This document shows, in pieces, positions 1 to 13,505 of a DNA stretch of 64,000 nt. The position numbers and the translations under genes are program-made. This DNA comes from Octopus vulgaris (taxonomy: Eukaryota), in assembly GCA_951406725.2 (NCBI GenBank), contig OX597820.1, forward strand, positions 30,070,001-30,134,000, given 5' to 3'. The notes below the pieces were generated by a model, which was given only the letters and a program-made list of their open reading frames with translations, ran no database searches and was not told the DNA's origin. Every line of letters begins with the position of its first letter. The first letter of the stretch is position 1.

Positions 1-99
1 ACTATTGTCTAGACATGCAGCAATACGTATACATATAGTTTCACGTCTAGACATATGCTCATGCATCTATTTACATGCTAAACTTCTGGAAAGTTTTAC

Positions 100-500
100 A
101 TAACTTGACTGTTCCATTGATGTCTAGTAGTCTTCCAATTAGCTATCTCCCTTCTGGTTTTCCGAACCATAATTTCTCAAGATTAGTATGGAGGCAGTTT
201 GTTCATATACCAGTACCTCAATAATTACGAGTATAAATCTGAACGTGTATTCTGGGTTGTGTAGCTGTAAATTTCTTAATGATTTAGTGTAGGTGTTTTC
301 GCTTTCACTAATCTTTAGCTTTCTGTTGACATCTGCAGGGCAATTGATTTCCAATACTCCATATAGTTTCTCTTTTCTGCACCAGATCAGTGTGTCTGGT
401 CTATTATGTTTGCATTTTATTGAGGTTTTTACAGAGACATTCCACCAGTAATCTTTGGTATTATGAATTGTTATGGTCTCTGCCACACTGGGTTCTTATA
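100..500 (-). mobile_element. 3' fragment of a non-LTR retrotransposon with restriction-like endonuclease (R2/R4/NeSL-type), degraded
   Basis: ORF 139..486 reads YWWNVSVKT..KHNRPDTLIW..KLYGVLEINCPAD, matching the RLE 'W..RPD..E..(C)P' pattern. The reading frame appears to continue upstream at about 1741-1800, beyond the mariner insertion. A related copy lies at 32853-33120. Confidence 0.75.
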
Positions 501-1740
501 TACACGGTCTGACAAAAAATATTTGGACTAATGCAATAAAAAGAAAACTGCAACAGACATCAATTTTGCATTTAGTCTCCTTTGAAGTGGTCCCCTTCTG
601 AAGCCGCACACTTTATTCAGCATCGTTTCCATTGATAGAAGAATTTCTGGAACTCCTTTTTGGGAAGAGGAAAAATTCGCAAGGGACGAGATCTGGTGAA
701 TATCGTGGTTGATAGATCTGGGGAATGTTGTGCTTGGCCCAAAACTGCTGCACAAACTGCGCTGAATGGGCAGGTGCGTTGTCATGATGGAGATACCTCT
801 GACCGGACGCATGCAATTCTGTCCTTTTCCGAAGAACAGTATCTCGCAAACGTCGCAAAACGTCGCGGTAGTACTTCTTGTTCACTGTTTGGCCAGGTGA
901 AGCATACTCATGATGAACTATCCATTCTAGGCGAAAAAGGGTATCTACAGTGTCTTCACATTTCTTCGACTCATTCGTGCTTTCTTTTTCGCGAAGAGGT
1001 CGGGGTCTTCCATTGAGCCATGGTTTTAGTGTCATAACCATAGATCCACGATTCATCACCTGTTATGACCATTTTTTAAAAGTTTTTTTTTCCTCAACAC
1101 AGTCAAAGAGATCTTGTACAGCTGAAACCCGATCTTCTTTTTGGCCAGTCGAAAGCAGATTTGGCACAAACTTGGCAGACACACGTCTCATACCCAAATC
1201 TTCAGTGAGAATGAACTGAACTGAACTGTAACTAATATTCACATTCTTCGACAACTCACGCACAGTGATTCGACGGTCGTTCCGAACAGCTTCTCACACA
1301 TTTGCAATGTTTTCTTCAGTTCCGCTGGTCTCTGAAAACGTGCGTCACTGTCGACATTTTGTCGGCCATCTTAGAAATGTTTGAACCACTCGTACACTCG
1401 TGTCTGGCTCAGACACACCTCTCCATATACTTTCCGCAACTTTGCGTCGGTCTCTGCGCATATATCACCAAGCTTTTGGCAAAATTTTATACAGATTGTC
1501 TGCTCAGTTTTCTCTGCTATGGTCTCTGATGGAACCTCTGTGGTGTTCTGAAACAGCCACACTCTACACTCTTTACTTCCAAGCACTGCTGCAAACAACG
1601 GAAGTAAGTGAGAACTTTATAACTTTGTGTGTATGCGCTACAGAGTTCAAGGTGTATCTCTGTGCGAAGCGGCTTCATTCTGTCTACTTTAACTCCGTTA
1701 CCATAGCAACAGTCCCGATATTTTTTTATCAGACCTCGTG
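501..1740 (-). mobile_element. Near full-length mariner (Tc1/mariner) transposon with frameshifted transposase
   Basis: Imperfect TIRs: tacacggtctgacaaaaaatatttggact at 501, and revcomp cacgaggtctgataaaaaaatatcgggact ending at 1740. Split ORFs give EQTICIKFCQKLG..YGEVCLSQTRVYEWFK, RRVSAKFVP, HHDNAPAH..YSPDLVPCEFFLFP. Confidence 0.92.
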
Positions 1741-2800
1741 TTTGATCATAGTATTATCCTTCAAGAGGAACTCATTGTACATTTTCGGAGATATGTTGTA
1801 CGTAAGCATGTATGTATAATGTATGTACATGTATGTACGTACGTATGTATGTATATATGATCCAATGACGTCATTCAAAGTCCAATGGTGTGTTTTCAGG
1901 CAAAATATGTTTCAGAATTTTCCCCCTCCGATTATTTCCGCATCGAAAAGTTTTCCCATGTTCATGTGTGCACGAGCATGTTAAATACATTTGTAGGTAC
2001 ATATTTCATTCACTGCTACTTTGTGCGCCTTCATTTGATCAATCCCAGCTTCCCCGAGCTTTGTGTACATCATCAAATGTACTATTTGTTGTTCCTATAT
2101 ATAAGAACAAGCATTCTGACATGGCTGTGAACGACCGATTCGATATTTGTAACTGATGAAGCACAATCATGCAGAAATGCATGCATCCTACGATCTGAGG
2201 ATGTCATTCATAGGACAATGATATATTTTTACACTCATTGTCTATGAGGAGAATTTTCTCCCAAGACTATTTCCACAGTGAAAGGTCTTCTCATGTCCAA
2301 GTGTACACGTATGTGCTAAATATTATTGTACTCACAAATACGTGCAACACACACACATTCCTACATATACATTTATACATACATAAACGCGCTAATGCAC
2401 ACATACAGACACACGTACACACATAGAGTACAAGAGTTTATATGAACAAATGAGCAAAACTAGAGTACTTATACGAGTGAGTGTAGAATAATACACGATT
2501 CTGTACATATCTTCCTGTCTGTCTACGAGCGTTGCTATTGTCAAATAATGAGTTAACGCATTGTTATTGTTAGTTTCATAACAAAGCTAAAAATTTCATT
2601 CGGTCTTCAGATGATATAAGACCAACGACATTTCACAGAGACACCCAGTATTCATTTAGATGGTTTCAGAGACCAGTGTTATAAGGGACATATCTTTATT
2701 GAAACTTTCAACGGTGGTACTTCCACACATAATCTTATGTAGGTAACTTTCAATCTTATTACACTATGTAACAATTTTTATATTTTTAATTCTTTTATTT

Positions 2801-3230
2801 TTGGTCAGTAAGTATTATTTCCTATTTGCTTCTATCTAAAAATCAAAGGAAATAACTACTATTTCCTTCAAACTCTGCTTTTGTGACCGGAACATCAATG
2901 ATTTGAAACTGACCTATTTTCCATTACTTTTCAAACAGATTCAGGGCTGAGCTGCTGAAGCAGAAATATCGTTACAGCAAATGTTCTGCTCAATATCACA
3001 GATGTGCTTGTCAGTTGATTGACCTTAACCACTTGAGAAAATCACTTATAGGCTAACAATATGTGCGACTTTGATCATGAGCAGGATTAGTGGGGGTGCA
3101 TCACAGCCATTTGTTGAGAGGGATTCCTTGGATTTGAATAAATGTAACAAAAGCAAAATTTGAAGGAAATATTAACCATTTTTCAGACTTTCTAGGAGTA
3201 AGCAAATAAGAAATAACAGTTGCTACCCAA
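2801..3230. mobile_element. MITE-like element with long imperfect terminal inverted repeats
   Basis: About 85-bp imperfect IRs, including tatttccttcaaactctgcttttgtgac (about 2860) versus gtaacaaaagcaaaatttgaaggaaata (about 3143). No coding capacity. Confidence 0.6.
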
Positions 3231-3279
3231 TGACAAATATCGTGGTACACAGTGTTATTAGCTTTATTCTTTTATTCTT

Positions 3280-3506
3280 TCTTTTTTTTTTCTGCTTCAG
3301 CCATTTGAGTGCGACCATGCTGGAGCACGGCCTTTAGTCGAACAAATCGACCCCAGAACTTATTCTTTGTAAGCCTAGTACTTATTCTATAGGTCACTTT
3401 GCCGAACTGCTAAGTTACAGGGACGTAAACACACCAACATCGGATGTCAAGCGATGGTGGAGGGACAGACACACACACACACAGACACATACACATACAG
3501 ACACAT

Positions 3507-3556
<50 letters not shown>

Positions 3557-3715
3557 GACAGGCTTCTTTCAGTTTCCGTTTACTAAATCCATTCACAGGG
3601 ATTTGGTTGGCCCGAGGCCATAGAAGAAGACCCTTACCCAAGGCGCCACGCAGTGGGACTGAACCTGGAACTATGTGATTATGAAGGAAGCTTTTTACCA
3701 CACAGCCATTCTTGC
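3280..3715 (-). mobile_element. tRNA-derived SINE, family B (CORE-like box, internal microsatellite)
   Basis: Reverse complement of the element at 55930-56345, with head and tail separated by (CA)n(TA)n. Confidence 0.85.
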
Positions 3716-4347
3716 GCTTATTCAACTTCATTTTCTCTTCCACGCATTTCCTATCCTTTCTGACAGCCATTGTTTTCTGCTGATCTTTTTCCCCCTGATG
3801 AAAATTTTGCAAGCCAATGAGGTGAAGCATCTACGCGGTCGCTAGACTTACTAGAGAAGCATAATTACTTAAGCCCTTTGCTCACTATGTAATATAGGCT
3901 ATTGACGACTTTTCTCCACTGTTCTCGATTCTTAGCGTCGTTTCCGCCCCCAAGTCTTGATGTTGAATTGTCATCGACATTTCTGTAACTTTGCGTTTTC
4001 TAAGTAGTGGCGTTAGCAAAACCATATTTCTGAGAAGAGGTAGTTGATGTTTGTCTGATATCTATCTTTTTGACTTGTCTAGCATGAATGGCCCTAATAG
4101 TAGCTTGTGCTCCGCTGGCACAGCTCTCGCGATAATTGAGTACTGGACTCTGTGGCGGAGAGAAACATAGTTGTCAAATAAGAGCCATATTTCCTTCAAA
4201 TCCTGCCATACCAACTTAAATCTTTGAATACCGACACGTCTAAGGTCGCCTGCGTTTCTATGATACAAATTTCTTGCTGTGACGTGGTCTAAATTAAAAC
4301 CTTTCATAAAATTATCATATACATTTATATTCCAAACGACATATAAG

Positions 4348-4577
4348 GGCGGCGAGCTGGCAGAAACGTTAGCACGCCGGGCGAAATGCGTAGCCGTATT
4401 TCGTCTGTCGTTACATTCTGAGTTCAAATTCCGCCGAGGTCGACTTTGCCTTTCATCCTTTCGGGGTCAATAAATTAAGTACCAGTTTCGCACTGGGGTC
4501 GATGTAATCGACTTAATCCCTTTGTCTGTCTTTGTTTGTCCCCTCTATGTTTAGCCCCTTGTGGGTAGCAAAGAAAT
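4348..4577 (+). mobile_element. tRNA-derived SINE, family A (Meta-domain-like core)
   Basis: ggcggcgagctggcagaaacgttagc..gagttcaaattcc (A/B boxes) and core gtcgactttgcctttcatcctttcggggtc. Flanked by the 16-bp direct repeat tatattccaaacgaca (4326-4341 and 4579-4594). Confidence 0.88.
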
Positions 4578-4710
4578 ATATATTCCAAACGACAATGTAA
4601 CAGCAACAAAGTTACTCTATTATATTAGAAAAGAAGTGTATTTCAATTGAAATATAGTAGCAGAGGTTAATGAGGAACGACATGAATAATGATACAATAT
4701 GGAAAAATAT

Positions 4711-4950
4711 GTGGAGGCGCGTCGCTCAGTGGTTAGGGTGTCAGCATCATGATCGTAAGATTGTGGTTTCGGTTCCTGGACCGGGCGACGCGTTGTGTTC
4801 TTGAGCAAAACACTTCATTTCACGTTGCTCCAGTCCACTCAGCTGGCAAAAATAAGTAACGCTGCGATGGACTGGTGTCCCGTCCAGCTGGGGAACACAT
4901 ACTCCATAGAAACCGGGAAACCGAGCTAAGAGCCTGGCTCGGCTTTAAAA
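4711..4950 (+). mobile_element. tRNA-derived SINE, family D
   Basis: gtggaggcgcgtcgctcagtggttaggg..ggtttcggttcc head, followed by gtgttcttgagcaaaacacttcatttcacg and a gcgatggactgg..cccgtccag tail. Confidence 0.85.
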
Positions 4951-5280
4951 GGGCGCATTTATTTTTGTTATTATTTTATGGAAAAATATACAGAAGAGCC
5001 ACGTTTGGAACAGCATTGATCATATGTTTACACGTTCAGGTTCGTTCCGAAGGTAAACAACAACTACAAATTTACAGTTTTTTTTTTTTAAATCTTAATC
5101 CTTTGAAACCATTTCACTCTGTCCTTTTAAGTCTTTCCACAAATGCATGACTTGATATTATGGATGTAAATTCACAACAAAATGTTACCTTTTATCACGA
5201 TCTCCTGTTGAAAGTCAAATGATTTATAACAGGAGTCGATACGAGAAAAATATCACCAAGAGCAACAACAACAACAACAA

Positions 5281-5311
<31 letters not shown>

Positions 5312-5656
5312 AATAGCGATGATGATGATTATAATAAGTTACATCAATCGATTTCATGCCATCACTAATCGAGCGTATAACTACGAAACTCACAGCAAAG
5401 GTCATAAATCACGTGTCCATGGTATCAGGATAACGAATCAAACGGGACATAGTAAGAGAACTCTGTGTTTGTGTGTGTGTATGTGTGTGTATGTGTACAC
5501 GGACAAACACATATGCATATATGCATATACATAAATATATATGCATGTGCGTACACACACACACACACATATATATATGTATGTATATATACAAATATAT
5601 ATATATAGTTATATAAATATATTTATATTTATATGTATATGTGTGTTTATATATAC

Positions 5657-5688
<32 letters not shown>

Positions 5689-5722
5689 ATATATTTATAT
5701 ATATATATATATAATAAAAATA

Positions 5723-5968
5723 AATGCGCTCTTTTAAAGCCTAGCCAGGCTCATGGGACTGGTTTCCCGATTTCTATGGCATATATTTTCTCCAGCTGGA
5801 CGGGACGCTAGTCCATCGCAACGTTACTAATTTTTGCCAGCTGAGTGGACTGGAGCAATGTGAAATGAAGTGTTTTGCTCAAGAACACAACGTTTCGCCC
5901 GGTCCAGGAATCGAAACCACAATCTTACGATCATGATGCTGACACCCTAACCACTAAGCTACGCGCTT

Positions 5969-5972
<4 letters not shown>
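5723..5972 (-). mobile_element. tRNA-derived SINE, family D
   Basis: Near reverse complement of 4711-4950; ORF-track peptides 4620..4808 and 5875..6090 share the same N-terminus. Confidence 0.85.
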
Positions 5973-6040
<68 letters not shown>

Positions 6041-6199
6041 GGAGAGAGAGAGAGAGAGAGAGAGAGTGGAATAGAGAAACAAACCGATAGGCAGATAGGT
6101 ATAGAGAGAAAGGCAGGGATTAGCATTGCATGTATTTGGAACTTAAGCTAATGCTGTTGTACCACTTTTACTGCTATTCAGTTTCTTCATTGCTTATAA

Positions 6200-7190
6200 T
6201 AATATCTGTATCTGTCTCATGAGTCTATTTTCAATTTGTATATACTCCACTACTATATTCACACAACAAATTTTGATAAAAATATATCAAAATTGGAATT
6301 TTTAATAATTTTCTAGACAACAGAGACTTTAATAATTGCCTTCTCTTTGTAAAAGTTACATAATTCCAACTAAGAGATTTTCTCTATTATAGTTTAGATG
6401 CAGGATACTTCGAGAGGCTTTACTAGGTAAAAAAATATTCTTTATTGGTAAGTGCCGTAATACAAGATGTAGTTAAAATTATCAAGTTCATTTAGCCACA
6501 CATTAAATAGCCAACTCTTCATTAATCTACACCAGGATATAGAATCTGTCTTCCGTACACTTACTGCACATAGAAGTATGATGGCTTTCAAAGAAACGAG
6601 CTTTGACGACTCGTAAACTGTAAAAAAAGAAAATTATAATAATGTATTTGTCAAGAAAGGAAACAAAAGAAAAGAAAAACACACACACACTACTCTTCTA
6701 AAATTTTTATTTTATGAGATTTAGTTCTGCAAATTACGCTATGTGTCAGACATATTTGAGAGGTTTAATGAACGTAACAAGTTTCTGCAAGGAAAGAAAC
6801 ATAAATATTTTCACTTTGAAATGTAAAATGGAAGCATTCGTGAAACAAAATAATAATGATAATAATAATAGTAATAATAATAATAATAATAACAAGAGCA
6901 GCAACAACAATACTTCGAAAACATGCAGTTCAAAATGGTAGATTTGAAATGTTTTCATGTGCTGATGATTTTGTCTGTGTAAACAAGTTGATGTTTAAAT
7001 CGATTAAGCTGATCATAAGTATGCATTTAGTATGTATAGAGAAAGAAAAAGTAGTCTCGCAGCAAATGTTCTTTAGTTGTTTTTTTTTGCTTAGACATGG
7101 ACAATTGTAAATAACATGGAGTGCAAATTCCATTTGCAGAACAGATTAGATATATTTATTTGAAGGCTCAAGGTGCAGTTGCAAAGCTGC
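6200..7190 (+). pseudogene. Degraded hAT (Charlie/Buster/ZBED-type) transposase relic
   Basis: Manual translation across frameshifts gives KIIKFI..LNSQLF..H.EV.WLSK..L.RL, KLRYVSDIFE..N..LQG and W...PF, which are Buster/Charlie motifs. Confidence 0.7.
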
Positions 7191-7541
7191 TATGCGATTC
7201 GAGTTTCGAATTTTCATTTTTTTAAAAATGTATTTGTTTTATATTTTTATTTGTTTTAATGATTCAACTGCGGTCATACTGGAGCATTGTCTTGAAGCTT
7301 TTTTTTTTTTTAGTCGAAGAAATCAGAGCCGGTACTTGTTTTTTTTTTATTATTTATTTAAGTCTAGTACTTATTCTATCGGTCTCTTATCACGAGTTAT
7401 GGGTACGTAGACAATTGACAAGCAGTGGTGAGAAACAAACGCAACATAAATACAAAGACACACAAACATTCATAGATACATACACGCACGCACACACACA
7501 CACGCACAGATATATATATATATATGTATGTTTGTATATAC

Positions 7542-7575
<34 letters not shown>

Positions 7576-7636
7576 GGCGGTGCCCCAGCATGGCCACAGC
7601 TCATTAGCTGAAACTAGAAAAATCAAAATCAAAAAT

Positions 7637-7678
<42 letters not shown>

Positions 7679-7708
7679 ATATATATATATATATATATAA
7701 ATACATAC

Positions 7709-7740
<32 letters not shown>

Positions 7741-8089
7741 ATATATACATACATACAAATGTCTATATGAATATATATATGCATGTGTATATATATATAT
7801 ATATATATATATGTGTATGTGTGTGTGTGTGTGTGTGTATGTAATGTAAATACTCATACAGACATATATATATATGCATATGAATATATATCTGTATATA
7901 TACACACACACGCATATATATTTATATATTTATGTATACATATATATATTTATATATATATATACCACAAGGCTTTAAACATTATACTTTTAGTAATTAA
8001 TATCTTCTTTTCACTATGTGTGTGTGTACGTGCATGCTCGCGTGTATACATACATATACATATATATATGTATATTTATATATAAATAT

Positions 8090-8139
<50 letters not shown>

Positions 8140-8400
8140 GTATATCCGAGTGTAGGAAGTTCGTAAGTTTCAGGCAGTTGGACTCACCATTGTGTTGTGG
8201 TTGACTTAGGAATTCGGCGCTGTGTGCAATCTTCATTAAAGTAATCGCAGCCTAGTGATTAGCTACGCTGAGAAGAGTTCATTCCATAACGTTTGCGTAA
8301 TGAGCGCAGAGAAGAGTTCATTTCGTAACGGTTACGTAATGTTCAGAAACATATGTAGCTCTCATTTTACCTGTTCCACTCACTCAATTTGGTATACATA

Positions 8401-8487
<87 letters not shown>

Positions 8488-8949
8488 CGTGCGTGTGTGT
8501 GTGCGTGTGTGTGTGTGCGTGTGTGTGCGTGCGTATGTGTTCCACATAAAGCTTGCTACTGTAGGAATTCACGATCAAGCAACAAACAATTAGCTGTCAA
8601 GACAGCAAAAGTGTCTCTTCGGGGGTCATTCGATCTGCAAGAAAGAACAGTCAAATCTTCCCCAAATTGACTTCTACCGCAAATAACACTTCAAGCAATG
8701 CGATCTTAGACACTTGTTTCTAACAAAAAACAAAAATAAATTAGAACTTCCATTGTTTGATTACGTTCGGTGTTACGTCGTCTGGATCAGGGACCAACTA
8801 GTTCTAAACAAGAGCAATAACAATTAGCAATTAAAACAAAAAATAGCAATTAAAACGATAATTAGCAATTAAAACAATAATTAGCAATTAAAAAGTAATC
8901 AATAAAAGAAGCAGATTCTCGTCGCTATTAAGCAAAATGTAGTTGTTTG

Positions 8950-9330
8950 TAATCGTGTTGCTAAGGAAATATCTTCGTGGACTTTATTGACTATGCCGAA
9001 GGCCAGTTCTATCGGAAAAGTGGGTCTATTGATATGTATTACTTTATTATAAAATCTACCCAACGATATGGTTTATCGGCTCAGAACGGATAAAATAAAG
9101 CAAATTTAACCGCATAGTCAATGACTTGAGTGGCGTCTGCAGGATGTACGAATTTCATTGGGTGGCCACTTTATACACGTGTGTTGGCTGTAGTTGAAGA
9201 TATGTTACGTTTAAAGAAGGAAGTGCCAATTTGTTTATTGCATATGTCGCAAAAACCCTCGCTTCAGCCACGGGTGGGCTGCCAGCGATCGTAGCAAGAC
9301 AGGTATTGCAGAGAAGGGCGTGCTATTTTT
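8950..9330 (-). pseudogene. Possible Penelope-like GIY-YIG endonuclease relic
   Basis: Minus strand reads CDICNKQIGTS, resembling C..C.KQYIG.T. It lies downstream of the PLE linker at 10140-10540. Confidence 0.35.
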
Positions 9331-9501
9331 TTCCATTTATTATTGCTTTATTTCGTATTGCATATATAGGGGTCATAGAATCGTGAAGATGCACAAACAT
9401 ATATAGTTTTGAAATTTTGCACCCCTATGAATTTTACTGCACCCGTGTTCGAACCGCAGAAAATCAAAAAGGTAAAATTGATTCGTTCTCTGTTGCTGAG
9501 A

Positions 9502-9554
9502 ATTCTTATTCTTATTCTTATTCTTCTTACTACTACTACTACTACTACTACTAC

Positions 9555-9623
<69 letters not shown>

Positions 9624-9673
9624 TGATAATGATAATAATAATAATAATAATAGCAATAATAATAATGGCAATG

Positions 9674-9751
<78 letters not shown>
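9502..9751. repeat. (CTTATT)n/(CTA)n/(AAT)n compound microsatellite
   Basis: Direct reading. Confidence 0.97.
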
Positions 9752-9769
9752 TTCCTTCGTAACACAGTG

Positions 9770-10138
9770 TAGGTAAAAATGCACCGGAGTCTTTCAGTTG
9801 ACCAAAAAAGACACTTGGGTTTCAATTGCGCAAGATCTTGATTGCGTAGAGAACGATGGAACTTTTTGAAAACTTTGCATAGGCCTCTGAGCAAGTATCG
9901 CCAATCTTTTGGCAAATTCTCTGCCCAGCTTTCGCTGTCATGGTCAATGCGACGATCACACGCTGCACACCTTTCTTCTAAGCTCTGCTGTAAACAGCGG
10001 AAGTGAGCTAGAACGTTAAAACTAAGTGCGCATGCACAGCAAAGTTCAAGGTCAATCTGTGCCAAGCAGCTTTACTCTGCATGCTTTAGCTTCGTTACTA
10101 TGGAAACAGTCCGGATACTTATTGATCAGACCACGTAC
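9770..10138 (-). mobile_element. Truncated mariner 5' end, related to the element at 501-1740
   Basis: TIR acagtccggatacttattgatcagaccacgta (about 10107-10138). The internal sequence encodes FCQK.GDTCSEAYAK-like N-terminal residues. Confidence 0.72.
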
Positions 10139-10139
10139 A

Positions 10140-10720
10140 GTGTGCAGAAACTCCAATATTAGTTTTCTTGGAGTCAGAAGTAGAGGTTAATGGTTCTCTT
10201 GTTTTTATTTCGTGTAAAAGCTACTATAGGCGACTGAGGAAATATTTGTTTGAAACGAGGATATTCTTCCGCAACATGCTGGTAACTTTTATGTAACACT
10301 CTTTAAATGCCAGCGAAATTTCGGTGCCACTTAATCACTAAAGGAATTCTGTCACATATTGTACTTTGCTAAAATTATGCATGAAAGTTTGACTTTATTT
10401 GCTAATCTTAGCTATGTCTTTTGCTATTTCCTTTAATCGTGATTCACTGTAACCGCATTTGACACAATGGTGTACAAAAGCATTTGCATGTTTCCAGTAA
10501 TCCCCTATGTCAATACAATTCTCTCTTTGCCGATTGTAAACTTGAAATTTGAAGACTGATGATGTCATTTCATCAACTTGGGGACGCTGGTTGTCCTCGT
10601 TCATATTTTCGATTTGAATTTCTATTATTCTGAATTTTTGTGTATCACTTTTCATTTTGAACTCGACAAAGACAGGCTAGCTGTCGAAATATCGTCCAGT
10701 CAATGAAATATCGATTGCAA
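10140..10720 (-). mobile_element. Penelope-like element (PLE) fragment: RT thumb/linker plus possible inverted pLTR
   Basis: Minus strand gives HANAFVHHCVKCGYSESRL and EYPRFKQIFPQSPIVAFTRNKN, matching the PLE 'F..PP.VA(Y/F)RR..N' linker. A degenerate CTGATGA..GAAA..GTC motif lies on the plus strand at about 10556-10700. Confidence 0.65.
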
Positions 10721-10772
10721 TCGCATCGCGCTCTTCGTATTGTCTATTTAACTTTATGAAGACTTATGTCAA

Positions 10773-10827
<55 letters not shown>

Positions 10828-10831
10828 TCAA

Positions 10832-11060
10832 AGGCGGCAGAATCGTTAGCCCGCCATGCAAAATGCTTGGCAGCATTTCGTCCATCCTTATGTACTGAGC
10901 TGAAATGCAACCGAGGTCGACTTTGCCTTTTATCTTTTCGGGGTCAATAAATAAAGTACCAGTCGAGTACTGGGGTCGCTATAATCGACTAGTCCCCCCA
11001 CACACACACACACATACACACATAAATTTCAGACTTTGTGTCCATAGTAGAAAGAATTGT
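10832..11060 (+). mobile_element. SINE family A
   Basis: aggcggcagaatcgttagc..gaggtcgactttgcctttt..cggggtcaataaa. Confidence 0.8.
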
Positions 11061-11501
11061 TATCAATATTATTTGTTCAGCTTAGCCTTCCTTTCTTTCA
11101 GGGTCGATAAAATAAATATAAGCTGAACAGTAGAGTTGATGTCATCGATTAACCTCTATCGCACAATATTTCAGTCCTTGTGCCTCTAGATAGAAGGAAC
11201 CATCCAGCGGGAAGCTGACAGATTCAGACAGAATAAACGTGACACTGAGTGTGACATGGCAGTACCTCTGTGAATTATAAGTACAATCCGATCGACAGAC
11301 TTCTACACAGTTTCCGTCTCCCCCACTTTCACTTATAAGGTAAGGGTCAACCCGACGCTATGGAAAATGACATTTGCCCAAGATGCTACGCAATGGGATC
11401 AAACCTGAGATCTCATAGCTATGAAATGAACTTCCTAAGAATTTAGCCACAGTGCGACCACACAGTCAGTTATATCCACTACAATACTTGACTATTACTT
11501 T

Positions 11502-11667
11502 AGGAGTGGCTGTGTGGTAAGTAGCTTGCTTACTAACCACATGGTTCCGGGTTCAGTCCCACTGCGTGGCAGCTTGGGCGAGTGTGTTCTACTATAGCCT
11601 CGGGCCGATCAAAGCCTTTTGAGTGGATTTAGTAGACGGAAACTGAAAGAAGCCCGTCGTATATATG

Positions 11668-11700
<33 letters not shown>

Positions 11701-11900
11701 ATATGTATATGTTTGTGTGTCTGTCTTTGTCCCCCCTCCCAACATCGCTTGACAACCGATGCTGGTGTGTTTACGTCCCCGTAACTTAGCGGTTCGGCAA
11801 AAGGAGACCGATAGAATAAGTACTAGGCTTACAAAGAATAAGTCCTGGGGTCGATTTGCTCGACTAAAGGCGGAGCTCCAGCATGGCCACAGTCACAGAG
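11502..11900 (+). mobile_element. SINE family B, near complete
   Basis: aggagtggctgtgtggtaag (A box), gggttcagtccc (B box), ttgggcgagtgt core, internal (TA)n(TG)n, and tail ..cgactaaaggcgg.gctccagcatggcc. Confidence 0.88.
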
Positions 11901-12775
11901 TAAAAGTTCAGAAGGATATATATATATATATATATATACGAAATTCGACCTCTACGGGATTTGAAACCGGAAGTATAAAAAGGTCGCGTATCAAAATATA
12001 TCAAGACAAGTATTTTTTTTTCTTTTTTCTGAAGCTCTAACGATGCTGCAAATCCATCCTTATTATTCAATGAAAATAATTACAGATCGATGAAATATTT
12101 GTGGTGCCTCATATGTGAACTATTTCTGAAAAGAGAATAATCACAATACCCGTTATTCATGCCTTGGAATCGAACATGCTAATAACGCCGATTCAATTAG
12201 GTGTGTTCACGGCAGATAATTACAAATTAAACACCAAGAGTAATATCCAAATAGATCAATACATGCTTCGATTCACCATGCTTTTGTTGTTGCTGGGGGT
12301 TTTTTAATGCATAATAGGCTGGAAGGAGGAAGTTCGATTCGATCGATCAGAGATCAAATATTTAAATTTTGTTATTTTTATTTTCGAATTGTTTAAAAAT
12401 CGTCTTGTGTATTTATGTTAATATTTTTTAATTTTATTTTCATTTTACTTTATTTCAAATGTTTGATTTACTGATCGTTACCATTAAACAGAACTCTTTG
12501 ACATTCATCTGTATTTACATTCCATGCAATAACCGTAACGTTTCGGTGATGTCATAGGCAAAAAGCATTGAGAAGGCTATGCTCTTGTTACCTGTAATGA
12601 AACTAGCTATCTATTTATACAGGTGTATACGAGTGGAAACAGCAAATTTGTAGCTCTTTGTCAATTCAGCAGTTACTTCTAAAGAATCATTTCGCGTAAT
12701 TGAGAAATATTCTTCAATTCCAGTAAAGCATGTCAACCTCCTTTGGATTCTTAAATTCTAGACTGACGCTTTTGG

Positions 12776-12780
12776 TCATC

Positions 12781-12856
<76 letters not shown>

Positions 12857-12889
12857 ACATAATCATCATCGTCGTCGTCGTCGTCGTCG

Positions 12890-12937
<48 letters not shown>

Positions 12938-12964
12938 ACATTATCATCATCATCATCATCATCA

Positions 12965-12997
<33 letters not shown>

Positions 12998-13010
12998 TCA
13001 TCATCATCAT
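12776..13010. repeat. (ATC)n/(GTC)n compound trinucleotide microsatellite
   Basis: Direct reading. Confidence 0.97.
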
Positions 13011-13015
13011 TATTA

Positions 13016-13234
13016 AGACGGCGAGCTGGCAGAATCGTTAGACTGCCGGGCGAATTACTTAGCGGTACTTCGTCGGTCCTTACGTTCTGAGTTCAAATTC
13101 AGCCAAGGTCGACTTTGCCTTTTATCCTTTTCGGGTCGATAAATTAAGTATCGTTGAAACACTGGGATCGATGTAATTGGCTAGCCTCCTCCCACCAAAT
13201 TTCAGGCCTTTTGCTTATAGTAGAAAATATTATA

Positions 13235-13304
<70 letters not shown>

Positions 13305-13505
13305 TTGTTGTTGTTGTTATTAAGGCGGCGAGCTAGCAGAATCGTTAGCGCGCCGGGCGAAATGCTTTACTACCCACAAGGGGCTAAATACAGAGGAGAC
13401 AAACAAGGACAGACAGACGGATTAAGTCAATTATATCGACCTCAGTGTGTAACTGGTACTTAATTATCAACCCCGAAAGGATGAAAGGCGAAGTCGACCT
13501 CGCCG
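13016..13505. mobile_element. Cluster of family A SINE pieces (plus, plus, minus) with a (GTT/GCT)n tract
   Basis: ggcgagctggcagaatcgttag heads at about 13020 and 13325. A reverse-orientation body (cccgaaaggatgaaaggcgaagtcgacc) lies at 13370-13505. Confidence 0.8.

Noticed and set aside
2150-2190. Plus-strand hammerhead-like CTGATGA..GAAA
   Set aside because: G at the cleavage position and no stem I.
9373-10065. 230-aa ORF
   Set aside because: Chimera of an out-of-frame mariner remnant and (ATT)n.
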